From positions 1,636,833 to 1,700,832 of the forward strand of contig MU053376.1 in assembly GCA_013239625.1 (NCBI GenBank): a stretch of DNA of 64,000 nt, written 5' to 3'. Origin of the DNA: Lama guanicoe (Eukaryota). The translations under genes and the position numbers were made by a program. The notes beneath the pieces were generated by a model. That model saw only the letters and a program-made list of their open reading frames with translations. It made no database searches and had not been told where the DNA came from. Positions 36,891-51,017 of this stretch are shown here, piece by piece (the stretch's first letter is position 1; every line of letters begins with the position of its first letter).

Positions 36891-39800
36891 GGAGGTGTGT
36901 CAGGGCCTGTAGGGAACCAGAAGTCATTCACATGCTGGCCAGAGCCCCCCACAGCCATTGTCACTGGGTCTGGCCTCTACCTTCCTCTCCTCCTGTGCAG
37001 ATCACTGCCCTGGGCCCACCCCAGGCAATGACTCAGCTAACCATCACACACCTGTCCCTCACTTCCTTGGGGGTCTCCCCGAGGCTGGAAGGACAGTGGC
37101 CCCACTGGACAGGTCCACCTCTCACCTTTTGGCTCTACCAACCCTGCTCTTGGAGGCAGCCAGGAGCACCCAGAAGGCTGGACTGGACTGAACAGAGGCC
37201 TCACAGACAGTCAAGCCTGGAACCAGGGATGGAGGGCAGTGTGGGAAGAGGCGATGGGGGTGAGCGGGACAAGGGGTCCATTGTTAGCACTGCTGGGAGG
37301 CTTGGATGGAAGTGTGCCCATCCCCCAGCCCGAGGGGTTGCTGCTCTGGCAGAATCAAAAGGCTCTTCTCCACTGCAGCTGGTAGGGTGTCACTGGTACA
37401 TGTTTCTGGAAAGCTGCTTGGCAGCAAGGATGTCCCTGCCCTCCACTTCTAGGAATCTGTCCTTAAAAAAATCTGAAATGCAGGCAAAGACCCTTGTTCA
37501 AGAATATCACTTTCCAGTATTTATTTATAAATATCCAACAATAAAGAAATGGTTAAAGAAATCATGGCATACAATGAACTATTAAGCAGTCATTAAAATG
37601 GAGTTTGTGAGCATAGTATAATAATGTGAGAAAAGGCTAATGCTACAGGGTCTAAATGAAAAACAGAAGACACCAAACTGTACATGCCATACCCCTTACT
37701 GAACATACCCCCCCCCCCGGTCAAGTATTAAAATGAATTCCTACTTGCATGGAAAAGAGTCTAGAAGGAAATATATAAAAAACGCAAGTGGTTAATTCTG
37801 GGTGGTAGGCAACTGCATGATTTCAATTTTGTTTTCTATGCTTCTTAGCATGTTCCAAATTTACTTTTATAACCAACATGTCAAATATGTATTGTTCCTA
37901 TAAGAGAAAACCACTTATACGTGTGTTTTACATATGTGTATATATATAATTATTACTATGATGATGATTTTTAAGAAGATAAGCAAAACTGTCCCAGGGA
38001 ATCGTGTTTCACTGGCTCTTTGGTTCTACCTTTGCAGGCACGCACACATACACACTATTCCCAACTCCTGGGTCTTCTAACCTTAGATGCACTAGACGTA
38101 CTCCCTTAACCTTGATCTGACTCTGCTTGGATCTGGGGAAAAGCTCTAAATTGGATGTCCTGAGGTTTTGGTTCTAGTTCTCACTTTGCCACTGTGTGAC
38201 CTTGGGCCAGTTTGAGTCTTGACTTTCCAACCAGAGAAGGAGCCATTTGGGACCCAAAGGCCCAAGGCCCCTTCTGGTTGAAATATGTTGTATCTACTGG
38301 AGCTGTAACTCACTGGGCCCTGACAGCCTGGCCTGGGGGTGCCTAGTTAGTTAAAACAGAAACCCCGGGAGACCTAGGATTGTTTGCGCTCTTCCATGAG
38401 CCATGTCATGGCCCAAAGGTGATTTGAGGCTCTGGTGTCTCAGAGCTGCCTGTCTCAGGAGCCAGAGTTGGCGGCACTGGACCATCTTCTGTAACCCAGG
38501 AGGGCTGGGTGGACATGATGGGCAAAAGGTCTTCTTGATGGTCCATGCATTCATTCAACAAATGCCTACATGTCTGCTGCGTGCAAAGCCTTGATCTTGA
38601 CACTGAGTTGAGCAAAAAGACGAAGCAAATTGGAGCCCACCCCAGGGAGTCATTAGGGGAGAAAGGACAGGGGCTTAGTGATTACAGCAGAGACAACTTG
38701 TAAAATGTCACGACAGAGGCCCAGAGAAAGTGCTGTGGGAATTCAGGGTGGGGTGGAGGGGAAGCCGGCCATCCATTTGGGCCCTGAAGAAATGACACAT
38801 GTGGTTGGTGGGGGGCGATATTTCACAGGAGGGAATGAAACAATCAAAGCTTGAACAGGTGCGCGGAGGTGAGACGAGCACAAGGGAGGCTCAGAGAAGC
38901 CAAGTCACTTGTAATTCAGTTTAAGACGACACGCATAGTATACGGGTGAGCGGATGCCTTAACGGGTGAATCAAAGACCAGAGAAAGCTGCTCTATGCCG
39001 TGTTGCCTCTTGACCCCCAGAATCTGTGTGCACAGGACCCAGGGCACTCGGCTTGGGTTTGGTGAACCCCAACAGAACCCCAGTAGAGCTGTCAGAGGAT
39101 CCAGAGACAGGCAGCCAAAGTGACAAGGGGCACAGTGGAAGAGGAGGGGACAGGGCTGCCATATAAGGACTGGCAACAGGGGTCCAGGCTGGGTGTGCTG
39201 ACGCGGAGGGGAGCCGGTCACATGTCCTCGCCATGCATCCTTGATGCTCGCACTATAAGCTAGCATTTACTTGCTTGGTGGCGTGTGGGGGGACTTTGCT
39301 AATATGCAGATAAACAGCATGCATATCATTGTGAGGCCAATGAACGAATACATTACACTACATTTAGCACACATAGCACATTGTTATAATACATTTACTG
39401 GCACAGATTAAGGGCTCAAGAAATGTTAGCTATTTTATGACTGTTATTAACACACAAAAACAGTCTGTGGGATTGGCACCGTTATTATCTCTATTTTATC
39501 ACTGAAGAAACAGATGTTTAGAGAAGCTGAGTATGTAGTTCATCTGTAAAAGCACAGCCTGTAGGTGGGAGAGCCTAGATTTGGAGCTGGGATTTGAATC
39601 CAAGCCCGACTCCGGAGACCACATTCGTAGCCGCTAGGTCCTTCTGCCTTCTGTGAAACTAGAATGAGGCTCACACACCCTGCCGCGAGGTGCCCCTGTC
39701 AGAGATGCTTCAGGGCTGGATGGTTTGGGTTTGACATGGTGCTGCGGAGCTGGTGTGCTTAGGCAGGGAAAGCCAGGGGTGAGGGCAGGGGAGGCAGGAA

Positions 39801-40072
39801 GCAGATGTGTACCCGCTGCATGTAAGGCACTCTACGGACAATCAAAGATAACATGGAACATAAAAGAGGGCAAAGAACACAAATAAGTAACCAGTAGAGA
39901 GATCTTATAAATGATAGGGAGTAAGCTTTGAGAGTTGCTCAACCTCACTAATTTTTAAGGATATGCAAAGTCAAAAAATACTATTTTTTTTTTTACCCAC
40001 CAGAGTGGCAAAAATTAAAAAGATTGATAATAATATTTGGTGTTGACAGGTGGGTAGGGGAAACATTCTTGT

Positions 40073-40277
40073 ATTTTTTGTTTCGTTTTGTTTTTTTTAT
40101 CAGTATTTCTTTCTTTCTTTCTTTCTTTTTGGGTTTTTAAAAATTTATTTCTTTTTGGCAGGGGGAAGTAACTAGGTTTATTTATTTATTTATTTTTATA
40201 GGAGGTGTGGGGAATTGAACCCAGGACCTTGTACATGCTAAGCATGTGCTCTGCCACTTGAGTTACACCCTCCCCCT
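40073..40277 (-). mobile_element. tRNA-derived SINE (Vic-1-like)
   Basis: Same family; degenerate TSD aacattcttgt / aacactcttgt. Confidence 0.85.
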
Positions 40278-43095
40278 AGCAACACTCTTGTTTATTGCTG
40301 ATAGACTATGAATGGGCACCAGAGTTTTTGGAGGGCGATTTGACAGTATCGTAATTTAATATGCACATAGCCTAGATTCTAAGTCTAGAAGTCTATCCAA
40401 CAGAAATACACATATGCTCAAATATGCATTTTTACAAAGCTGATTGCTGAAGAACACTCTAAGCTGACTGTCAATAAGAGGCTCGTCATATAAATTATAA
40501 TCCATTTATACTCTGGAATACTAGGTAGTTTTAAAAAGAGCAAAGTAATGAAGTGGAAAATATGATAATTTAAGTAAAAAAAAATCACTGAACATTTTCT
40601 ATACTATGATTACAACCGTATAAAAACAAACAACAACCCCTTGTATATGACTATGTTTAATATTATATTCATGCCTGTCCTGTAATTCACAGAAAGCTAT
40701 GGAGACATGCGCACTAAACAATTAATAAGAAGTGGGGAAAGGTAGATGAGAGGCTGGGAACTGTTGTTTTATTATATATATGTCTTGCGTTAAAATTTAT
40801 TACACAAGCCTAAGTTGTTATTGTAATTAAAAATATCAAATAAAGACAACATTTCTTTAAAAAGAACACGTGGATGGACAGTAGCCTAAAGTCATCTGAG
40901 TGTAGCTTCCTACAGGACAAGTCACTTCAGTGTCTCAGGCAGGAGAAGGAGGCCTCCTGGTAGTGTGGAGTGATCATGAGATTTGGAGTCAGAGTTTTCA
41001 TCCCACATTCAGACATTCATGACCTTGGGTGATTTACTTAACCTTGGAGAGTCTGTTCCCTCGTGGGTAAAATGGACATCACTCATGGCTGTGGCTTATT
41101 CTATGGAGGGGTGTGTGTCATGTTCCTATAGCAAACTGGAAAGATTCAGATAAATGGTTAAGCATGGTAGGGGGCAGGGACCTGGTCTGTAGTGCCTGCC
41201 ACTTTCTGGGGTATAAATACTCCCAGCACAGCTGATTTTAAGCTACCAGTGTGGCGCCTGCCCCAGTACACTATGGAAGGACCTCAAAGTACGTCTGGTC
41301 CAACCTCCCACCCACTGCTTGAGTCATCTCCACCATATTCATGGAAAGATGGAGCCAGACCTGCCCCCACAGAACTTCTTCCGTCCACTAGGCATGGATT
41401 TCTCCTGGAGGCCACAGAAAAAATGCTTAATTCCTCTGCTACATGCCAGCCCTCCCAAGATTCAAAGTCTTCTCTTTGAGTTTTACTTGCTTTTTTACAA
41501 TAGCCTCTCTCTCTCTCTCCTTCTCCTCCACCTTGGTGTGTGCATGTGGTGGATTCTGTTCCTCACCATGTCTTCTTATAAGACTTTCAGGATCAATCAA
41601 TTCCTGGCCAAGAAACAAAAGCAGAATTGTCCCATTCCCTAAGAGATTCACATGAAAACTGGGGATAAAATCAGGTTCTACCCCAAGAAGAGACATTGGA
41701 GAAGAACCAAGCTGGGTCGTAAGGAATCACACACAAGATGGCACACATATTGATGCTGTCTCAAGGTCACTGGCATCTTACTACATCTAGCCGACAACAT
41801 CACCACTATCTGGGTAGCTGGACATGCTCTATTGGGAAGATGATCTTTCTCCTTGTTTCTATGCTTCTGGACTAGTAGGCTGGTTCAGTAGTAACTATGC
41901 GAGCCTTTTTGTTTGAAAAATAAAATAACAAAATAAAATATCCTGATCCTTGGTCCCAGGATAATTAGCAGCAAGAGGGTGACCAAGACTGCATCAGCGA
42001 CAATGGAGGGTGGCCTGGGGGTAGACATGGGCTGGGCTCACCGAAGAAGTGTGTGCAGATTTCAGACTATGCCCGAAGTCCCTTCCTGTGTCCTCTGGAC
42101 TCTGCCTTTGGCTGAGCTTTGATAATGGCTGTCCTTTTAAGCCTCCTCCCTCCCATTTAGCTGACTCAGAGGCTTTAAACCAGTGCATCCTCCTAGAGGC
42201 CAGATTGCGTCTCCACCCTCCACTGTTAAATAACAGTGAAAAGCAGGTTGGAATGCATGGCTCCCCTTCAGCCAGGGCAGAGCCACACAGAGCAGAATCG
42301 GCCAGGGGCTGTTCTCCACTGCACGTGACATTGCAGAAAACTCCCCTTCTTGCCTGGCAGGGCATCTATGCTCTAGCCTTGTCCATCTGCCAAAGCTACA
42401 GTGTAGCTCAGTGCCCAGGGAGTAAGAAAGACTGAGTTGATGATTCCCGAACCCCGCCACAAATTTTTTTTTAAACCCGTCTTCTCAGAACTCTTAGACC
42501 TGCTCTGTTTTCACCTTCCCAGTTCCCTTCTCTCTCTGCCCTGCTGGCCCCAACCAGGACCCAGACACAATCTTCTGCCTCCTTCATGTTGAGTGAGGTG
42601 TCATGTCTGCTGACAAGGAGGAGGGAGGAGGGGCAGTGAGCAGGGGCAGATGGGAATCCTGAAGCAGGCAAAATCTCCCCAGCCACCTCATACTATCTTC
42701 CCCTACTTTCAGCCCCTCCTTCCCTGCCCCCATGCCTTGGAAAATGACAGATGTATCCACCCTAAAAAATTATGGGGTTTACAATCTTGGGAGTAAGTTC
42801 GTCTTTGAAAAGAGGCTATCCAGGGAGCACAGGTCTTTATTGCCTCTCAGGAAGCCGTAACAAGTGTGCCTCACCCACCCAAGTCCTAGCAGGTCTAGAC
42901 CTGCTCTCTCCGGGAAGTGTACCCATAGCCTTGGTTTCAGGAGGCTTAGCCCTCCTGCTCTTAAGTTCTTTGAGGGTATTAGTCCTAACTCCCCAGGTAG
43001 ACTGTCAGTGCCCAGAGGGCAGGACAGTGCCTCACACCTCTCAGTATCCCTTCAAAGAGCCTGACCTATGCTGGAATGCTGAGTCTTCAATAGTT

Positions 43096-43258
43096 ATCCA
43101 TCCATCCATCCATCCATCCATCCATCCCTATCCATCCATTCATCTTGATGTCCATCCATCTAGCCATCCATCTGTCCATCTATCCATTCATCTGTCCATC
43201 CATCCATCCATCCATCTGTCCATCCATCCATCTGTTCATCCATCCGTCCATCCATCCA
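43096..43258. repeat. (CCAT)n imperfect tetranucleotide repeat
   Basis: Direct reading. Confidence 0.9.
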
Positions 43259-45337
43259 GTACATGTATGCCTACCACACGTCAGCATGTAGGTCTGAGGA
43301 TATAGACAAGTTACTGTCTCTAAGGGACTTGTCTGGTGGGGGCTTGATTGGTTAAGTCCAAAGAACTTATTTTTTATTAACCTATAACGCCTAGCAATTA
43401 GAGGACATTTTGCAGTTAACAAAATGCCATCATAGCCCAGTGGATTCCAGAGTCAGGAACACCTATTTGCGGCAAGCTGGGGCAAAAACCCAGGTCTGTC
43501 CAACTCTGTTCGTTGGCTCCCCTCGCATTGCAGAGCTGTGCTGAGAGACACATTTAGAATCAGAGGGACACTTTCCTACTCCAGGGGTTCCCCCTTCCCT
43601 GATGAGACGCTTTGGTTGACACGGTTCCATCTCAGAAGGTACTGGGCCAGTGGGGAAGGGGACTGTGTGTGAGCAGGACCCAGCCCTGCTGAAGGCCTCC
43701 GGTTTCTGGATGGCCCTCCTCTGACTGTGCTGCCGGCTGCATGGTCCTGCCACTGACTGCGGGCTGTGCAGAGCCCCGAGCTGGGCCCCAGCTCCCGGGC
43801 TGGGCGGGGACTTCTGTCTGCCTTGGCTGGCTGCCACCTCCTGGGAGTTTCTCCAGACGTGAGGGTCTTTGGGCAGAATCTAAACCCCGCAGCTGCCAGA
43901 TTCTAAGGCTCCCTTGCCTCCATTCCTCCCCGCACCGCAAAACCCAAATACCTCTGGGGCCGCTGGAACAGACAGGAACCAAGAAAAACTTCCAGGGCCC
44001 TTTCAGCCTCCGACAGCCGGTGGGGGTTCTCTCTGAGTCTGGGGGTCTTCTCTTAGAGTGACAGTCTCGGCCGGGTCAGAAGAAAAAGGCTTTGGGAGCC
44101 AAAAAAGAGTTGTTGAGGCCAAGGCACTTCCTTCTGAGTTTTCCTCCACTCCCTCACATGCACAAACTTGGGAAAGTTGCAAAAGAGGCTGGGCCGGGGT
44201 GACCTCAGCCGTGTGGGTGGAGGGGGTGGGGTGGAACGGGAGAGCCCGGTTTCAGAGCTGACTGGGTTTGGGGCCCCGTGAGGATGTAGTTTACAGGGCC
44301 TGGGGGGATCGAGGAAGGGAAGGAAGGCTTGAGGGTGGGAGCTGGTGGGTTCGAGGGTCTGCAAGGTAGCACGCCGGTTTGTGGGCACCAGAAAAAGCCT
44401 CTGGCTGGCTTTAGGAACTTCTGCCTCAGCGGCTGGAAACCATCCAGTAAAGGGGCCCTTTTCTTTGCTGAATTATCAGACTCACACGTGTCGTAGATTC
44501 TGTCCTGCCATCAGCCTTGGGGGAAGAGGTTCTGGTCCTCATGCCTTGCCCTCTCACACTGCAGACACATCACAGCATCACGTGACCATCACACACACAC
44601 AGACCCCTAGGCTTGTGAGATGGGAGGCAAGTCCTGACACTTCCCGGGGCCTCTCGGATGAGAAGGTCAGACCCAACCTGGACTACTTACAGAGACCACA
44701 GCAAGTTAAAAATGCTGTTAGCGTGAGGCTGATTTGAGCTGCCTGGAACCACGCCTCAGGTAACTATGGTTGGAAGGTAAAAGCGGAAAAAAGTGAGTTT
44801 AGACACACCCAGATGAAGTGGGTCGCTAGATCCCAGGGGATCCCTTTAAGGTTTATAATACATTCGATGTGCTTCCACCCCCTACATTCCTTCTGGGATG
44901 GGATTTCCCTCCCTGGCAGCCCACTGTTTCTTTAATAGTCCTCACTGTCAGAAAGTTCTTCCTTTTGTCCAGTCTGAGTCTCCAACGCTGCTCCATTGCT
45001 ACTGTCCACGTCTGTCTGGTCAGCTGAACTCTGCACTCCTCAAGGGCAGCCGTAGGGTCCTTGAACCCACACAGTGGCAGGCAGAGGCCTTGGTGAGGAG
45101 GTTTTGGTGGAACAAAATCTCCAGTTGAAGCTGATTTGTTTATCTCAATTAGCAAACATGCCTGGAGGGAGGGTGCAGTGATTTCCATGAAGTGGAGTAT
45201 TGGACGGGATATGTTAAAGGAAAAATTCCAGGGTAAGTTCTATTTGATTTACTTTGGAAAAGGGTGCATCAGTCCACCCCTCAAGGCAACCACTGGCTTA
45301 TGACAGCCAGCTTGCTCTTAAATTGTCGCCCTTTGAT

Positions 45338-45456
45338 GGGGAGAGGGTATAGCTCAAGTGGCAGAGTACATGCTTAGCATGCATGAGGTCCTGGGTTCAA
45401 TCCCCACCTCTCTTAAAAATAAGTAAACCTAATTACCTCCCATCCTGCCCCCCCAC
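45338..45456 (+). mobile_element. tRNA-derived SINE (Vic-1-like)
   Basis: ggggagagggtatagctcaagtggcagagtacatgcttagcatgcatgaggtcctgggttcaatcccc; TSD aaattgtcgccctttg / aaattactgccctttg. Confidence 0.88.
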
Positions 45457-48287
45457 AAATTACTGCCCTTTGGAATGCCCCTACCTTGCCCCTATTCTTC
45501 CACTTTTCTGAGACCAGGTTTTAGATGTGTATGTGTGTTTATGTGTGTGTGTGTGAGAAAGAGAGAGAGAGACAGACAGACAGAAGAGTATCTGTAGAGA
45601 TATAGCGGTGTAATGCTTGAGTCTCTTTCAGAGCACATGTACAAGTTACCCCAGGCCCCCAGGCCCCTGTAGGTGCTTTTGGGCAGGGGAAGTGGACTGT
45701 CCTCGGCTAGTGCTTACAGCCTCTGAACATGGGACTGAAACTTATACTTTTAGGGGATGTTTGCAGAACTACCCTTAACACCTTTGGAAGCCAAGTCACC
45801 AACCACCCTCAGGCTCCGGTCCCACTTCCTCTGTCTATATGGATTAAAGTCAGCAACTTCCCTTCTCTTTCTCTGACACGTGTTCCAGTGGAAAATGACG
45901 TCCAGCCTCTACCCTGCGGAAGAGATCCTGACACTACGTTCACTGAATTTCCTTCCCTTCTTCCCTCTTGCATATGTTCATTCAATAATCTGAGTGTGCC
46001 AGACCCTTCCTTTGAGGGGGCACAAAATGGATACCTGCATTTTATCAGTGGGAATAAGACGAGGTGCAAACAGTGATCTAAGAAACATAGCTAAAAAGTT
46101 GTGGGGATTTAGAGGATTTGAAGGAGGGAAAAGCTTTGTGGAAAGGAAGGATTTGAACTGGAGTTGAGGATGCATAGAACATGTGGTAAGCGGAAGAGGG
46201 TGAGGTTCCATATAAGATGTGGTCTACGGTAGGGTGGGCCCTCAGTGGAGGGGAGCGAAGAGGCTGGATCTGTTTGGCAGAAGAGAGAGCGCACAAAAAA
46301 GTCTTTGGTCAGGGCTGAGCACCTTCACAGTGGGCATCCCGCAGGACTGAGACTCCAGCTTGGATTTTTGTTGCACTGCATCTGACATCTCACAGCCATA
46401 ATCTTAACAACCATTGAAAAGGGTCCTCTTGGGGACCGTGCTTCTCTAGTGAATGGGGTAGAAGGAATCTTGGGAGTAAAACTGTGCAAGAGAGAAAATG
46501 GGGGTGGCTCTGTGTGGTCCCGGGTGGAAGAGAGGGGCGCGGAGGACAGGAAGTCAAGTGGAGGCAAGGCCCTCCAGAGCCCTGAGAGTTGAGAGCTTGG
46601 ACTTGAGGTGCGCGGAGATGAGCCACTGGGAAGTTTGGAGCCGAGCTTCATAGATGGGTCTGGAAGGAGGAGGGACCAGACCCAGCCGTCAGGATGCTCT
46701 TGAAATACTCCTGGTGGAAGGTAATGACTAGGGGACAAGGAAACAAGTGGTAGAAGCGATTTTGTGATGGAACAGACAGGGCTGTGGTGAAGGTTAAATC
46801 ACTGACTTGCTCCATCATCCAGCAGAGGTCGTGTGTGCCAGGCGCTCAGCTGGGTGCTTGTATTCAGTGGGAGCCAGAAGCTGCCTTCTCTCATTTCCAG
46901 CACTTAAGAGGGTTATCAAAAAAAAGTTGATTGAACCTGGAGATGTGCTGGGGAGTGGAGAGGGGAGTGAGGTGGACTCTGGAGGAGCCTTGGCCCTGCA
47001 GATGGAGCCTGCATGACTTGGGGTGAGGGGGTGGTGGTGCCGCTAACTGAGGTGGGAAACAGTGAGGTTGAAGGGGATACCGAGCTTCCGTTTTGTCTAA
47101 ATTGGGGTTGAGATGCCAGCAGACATCTTCATGACACTAGTCAGGTTCCATGAGGGCAAATTCTACGTGCCTTGTGCACGATTCTGTCCCCAGACCACAG
47201 CAACGGTGCCGGGCACCTGCTCTGTGCTCGGCCCTGCCTCCCCTCCCCAACACAGCCCCCAAGCAGCCTCCGCCCCTCATCTTGCTTCTGGCCAGAGCAG
47301 TGCGGTGATGGTTCCTGTTGGTTCCCGGTCTCACATCTCTGGATGCTACCACCTTAGGTCAAGGAGCCTGCAAGCAGAGTACCGACTGAGAAGAGGACGC
47401 AGGGCCTGCACCCCAGCTGGTGGGACCGCCGAAGCCTTGGCTTCCCAGCAGCTCCCCAGAGAGGACAGGGATACAGATCAGATGTCCAGGGACCAAATCC
47501 CCATGGGAGAGGCTCTGACCAACAGAGATAGGAAGGAAAAAGATGCCAGCAGATAGAAGTTCAAACTCACCCCTGCTCTTCCCCACCGCCCTGCCCGTGG
47601 TCCATTATGAGCTGCACTTGGTCCATGGCCTTGCTGGCGATGCCCGTGGAACCGAGCAACAGCTGAGGTTGTTGCAAATCTGTAGTCAGCTTGGAAACTC
47701 ACCTCCTTGGATTTGTTCCCCTCCTCTCTTCCTCACTTCCCTTTTCCCCTCTCTTGCTTCCTTTGAATTAAACTTCCTAATAAAGTGTTAAATATAAGCT
47801 TCTGACTCAGGCATTTAAAAAAAATTCCCCTTAAGGAAACAGGACTGAGATAGGGCTTCATATATATTTGTTGGATAAATGAATGAATTGTAGGACCAGA
47901 GCTCAGAGTACATAGTGCAGGATGAGAAACAAAGATACATATAGGAGCTAGTGCGCAAAGGTCACAGACTTAGAGACTGCCTGCTTAGAAGTGTTGACAC
48001 AGGGATGGTCTCCATAGGTTACACCCAGCAGAGGCACCTGGTCTCCCAGGTGTGAGAGAGGAAGAGGAGGGCGGGAGAGGGAAGAGGGCCAAGGCGGAAT
48101 CTGAGATGCACTCACTTTTAAGAAGCAGGAGAACCGAAAGGATCCCAGCTGGAGGCAAAACGATTCAGTTATACATATACATACAGATATATATTTTTTT
48201 CAGGTTCTTTTTCATTGTATCTTATAAGGAATTGAATATAGTACCCTGTGCTATACATTAGGTCCTTGTTGTTTATCTTAAAAAGGG

Positions 48288-48427
48288 TTTTTCAGTTTGT
48301 TTTTTTTTGTTGTTTGCTTTCGGGGGGGAGCAATTAGGTTTATTTATTTATTTTAATGGAGGTACTGGGGGTTGAACCCAGGACCTCATGCATAGCACGT
48401 GCTCTGCCACTGAGCGATGCCCTCCTC
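48288..48427 (-). mobile_element. tRNA-derived SINE (Vic-1-like), next to a short L1 3' fragment (~48165-48280)
   Basis: Same SINE head and T-rich tail on the plus strand. Confidence 0.8.
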
Positions 48428-48916
48428 GACCTGCGCCTCTTTCAAACCTGGCCTGTGACGACTTCTCCCAGGAGCTGCCACACTGTCTTCTTGTCCACAG
48501 GGCAGTAGGAGTGACTCTGAGGTCCTAGGGGATGTGGGAACCACGACACGGAAAGAGCCCAGGGTTTTGAATCATCAGGCTGTTGAGCTGGGCCCTCCGT
48601 GAGTGCCAAACACACTTGCATTGTGTTAAGACACTGAGGTTTGGGGGTCTCTCTTATAGAAGTTAGTGTTACGTCAGAACCTGGCCGGTGTTGAAAAGAC
48701 AAGAAGCAGAGGATAAAGCTGAGGAGCGGGGGGCGTGTGATGGTCCCGAGGCCTGTCTTTCACACACTTGGGGTTTGTGGGCTGTTGAGTAAGTTCTCAT
48801 CTGGCTCCTCTCCCGTCACCATCCTTGTAAGCACGTGCTCTTCCCTCGAGAGCTCCCCAGCCAAAGTCGCTGAGCCACGCTCTCCAGCTTCACTTAGAGA
48901 AAAGGGCTGACCTCAC

Positions 48917-49100
48917 AGTCCTGAGACTGCTGACTCCCACGCAGGACAGTCGTCCTGGCCTCCGTCCTGCAGGGAGATGCGCATGCCAGAGCGCTTGGGT
49001 CGAGAGCAACAGCAACAGTAGGAAGGACAGAGGCAGGGTAGCCCAGGCGAGCTTGGCACTGGGAGCTTGGGAGCTCTCTCTTTGTGTGCCTGGCAGGCAC
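48917..49100 (-). other. RAB7B: Candidate non-coding exon 1 of RAB7B (5' end approximate)
   Basis: The ATG exon starts with an acceptor, so an upstream exon must exist. Here there is a donor GACT|gtgagg at 48916, relatively CpG-rich unique sequence, and GC-box and ETS motifs just upstream. Inferred, not proven. Confidence 0.45.
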
Positions 49101-49385
49101 GACTCAGCTCCAGGCACCCACCCGCCCTGTGGTCCCACTCAGGATTTGCTTTCCCAGGAGAGAGTCTGACAGGTGTGAACTGAGGCCTGGCTCCTCCCCT
49201 GCAATGTCGGCGGTGCCGGTGACAGGAACCCAGGACCGTTAGCCCATCAGGAAAGGCTACAAGGACTTAGAACAGGACAGGGGCAATTCCTCAAAGGAAG
49301 TGATGCCCCCCCACCATAGCAGGTTCTCTAGACTCCTCTTGGCAGGGTCTTATTTCCATACGTGGAACACACAAGAGGAAGTTGT
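49086..49385 (-). promoter_or_regulatory. Candidate RAB7B promoter (GC/CACCC box, two PU.1/ETS-like GGAAGT sites)
   Basis: CACCCACCCGCCC 49115-49127, AAAGGAAGTG 49293-49302, AAGAGGAAGT 49373-49382, inverted repeat GTGCCTG-G-CAGGCAC 49086-49100. Confidence 0.4.
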
Positions 49386-49909
49386 TTGGGTCCTTTTTCG
49401 GATCAGCAACCATTAACTTTTCAGCACCATGTACATTTCTGTTTTAACAAGTAAACATTGTTAGCGGAACTGGCTAGAATCTACCTTTCATCCTTTTATT
49501 CCTTTGAGATATCCTGAATTGGCAGCTACCCGGCGGGGGGAGGACTATAAATTAGAAGCAGTGGGCCCCCCCCAAGGATAGTGACTTCTAACATCATTGA
49601 TTACTGTGACCTGTGTTTGAAAAGTATATAAATGGAATCAGAAGTATATTTTCTCTGGTGTCTTACCTCTGCTCAACAGGGAGGCAGAAGACATAGATTC
49701 TACTTTCATCTCTACTTTTGACAAATCATTTCATTGTTTTATACTCCAATTTCCCCATTGAGAAAACAGGGTAATAAAGCCACTTTGCCTAATTTACAGA
49801 TTTGTCATGAGGGAAGGGAAAGAGAAGAAAGAAAACGAGCAACAAAACTCTTAAAAGGAACTTAAGAAGCCAAAAGTCAAATATAAGAGCAGTTAGTTAG
49901 CAAAAAAAT

Positions 49910-50325
49910 TCTGGGTTGAATTGTGTTCTCCTAAAAGATACGTTGAGGTCTGTACCCATGTACATGAGGACGAGCTTGTTTGGAAACAGGGTTGTTGAAG
50001 ATGCAATTAAAATTGAGATGAGGTCATACCAGAGTAAGGTGGGCCCTGATGTCCTTATAAGAGGGAAGAGACAGAAACACACAGGGACAGGAGGCAGAGA
50101 TCGTAGACTGCAGCTGCAAGCCAAAGGATGCCAAGGATTCCGGCCGCCACCGGCAGCCTGCGTAGGTGAGGAAGGATTCTCCCTTACGGTTTCAGAGGGA
50201 GCATGGCCTCGTGACACATTGATCTTGGTCTTCCAGCCTCCAGAACTGTGAGACAATAGATACCCGTTGTCTTAAGCCACTCAGTGTGTGGTACTCGGTT
50301 ACCACAGCCCCTTGGAAATGCAAAC
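49910..50325 (+). mobile_element. MLT1-type MaLR solo LTR
   Basis: gggttgaattgtgt...gagatgaggtcatac...ttccagcctccagaactgtgagacaata...ttaagccac...gtggtact...ggaaa..aaaca. Confidence 0.85.
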
Positions 50326-51017
50326 AGCCTCCGTTAACAACTCCCAGGGCAGGGGGAAGCTTGGCCAAAGCTCTTGGCCCACCCCTGAGAGGCTGTGACC
50401 TAGTATCAGACATGGGAGGCTGGACAGGGTCCTGGATTTCAGAGCTAATGCCTCTGATGGGAAGGTCCCAAAGAGCCAAGGTCAGTTTTGGAAAACTCAG
50501 AGTAGCTCTTAGGGCTAAGTAGGTTTACTCAGGCAGCAGGGGTTCAGTCCACCCTGACTGAACGCATCACTTCTGCCTTGAGGGGCCAGCATGCTCAGAA
50601 CAGAGCCTGGTTAGGGCAGCCTCGGGACCCAGCGTGCTTTCACTTCCTACAGGTGTGACAGAGGCACCACTTCACACTCCAGCCTCCGCCACTCAGGCTT
50701 CTGGACCGCAAGCATCAGGCTGGCACATCAGGTAGCCAGCCCTGTGAGAATCAGCCTTGAGGGCAAAGCCTGCAAGGATGCTCCCTAGTGAGTGGCAGTG
50801 GTCCCCCACCCCACACAAACCCTGTGTCCGCTGTGCTACTTTGAGAGCGCATTTGGCTCGGGTTGTTCTGAACTCACTCTGAAAGCGATAATTTAGTTTA
50901 AAATACATGCATATATAAAGGTAAAAAAAGTAAAAACAAAACAAAAATGTGTAGGTATGTATGTAGCCGTCATCTACTTGGATCCTGATACTTAGAGCAA
51001 AGGGAAGCTAACATTTT

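Noticed and set aside
43096..43258. Regularly repeated units suggestive of an array
   Set aside because: Simple (CCAT)n microsatellite with no spacers; CRISPR is not applicable to this eukaryotic DNA
44680..44760. Alternative RAB7B exon 1 donor (TCT|gtaagt at 44690)
   Set aside because: Good donor motif but weaker promoter context than 48.9-49.4 kb; kept only as an alternative
45338..45410. tRNA gene-like sequence (also at the other six copies)
   Set aside because: A-rich tails, TSDs and divergent stems show these are SINEs, not tRNA genes
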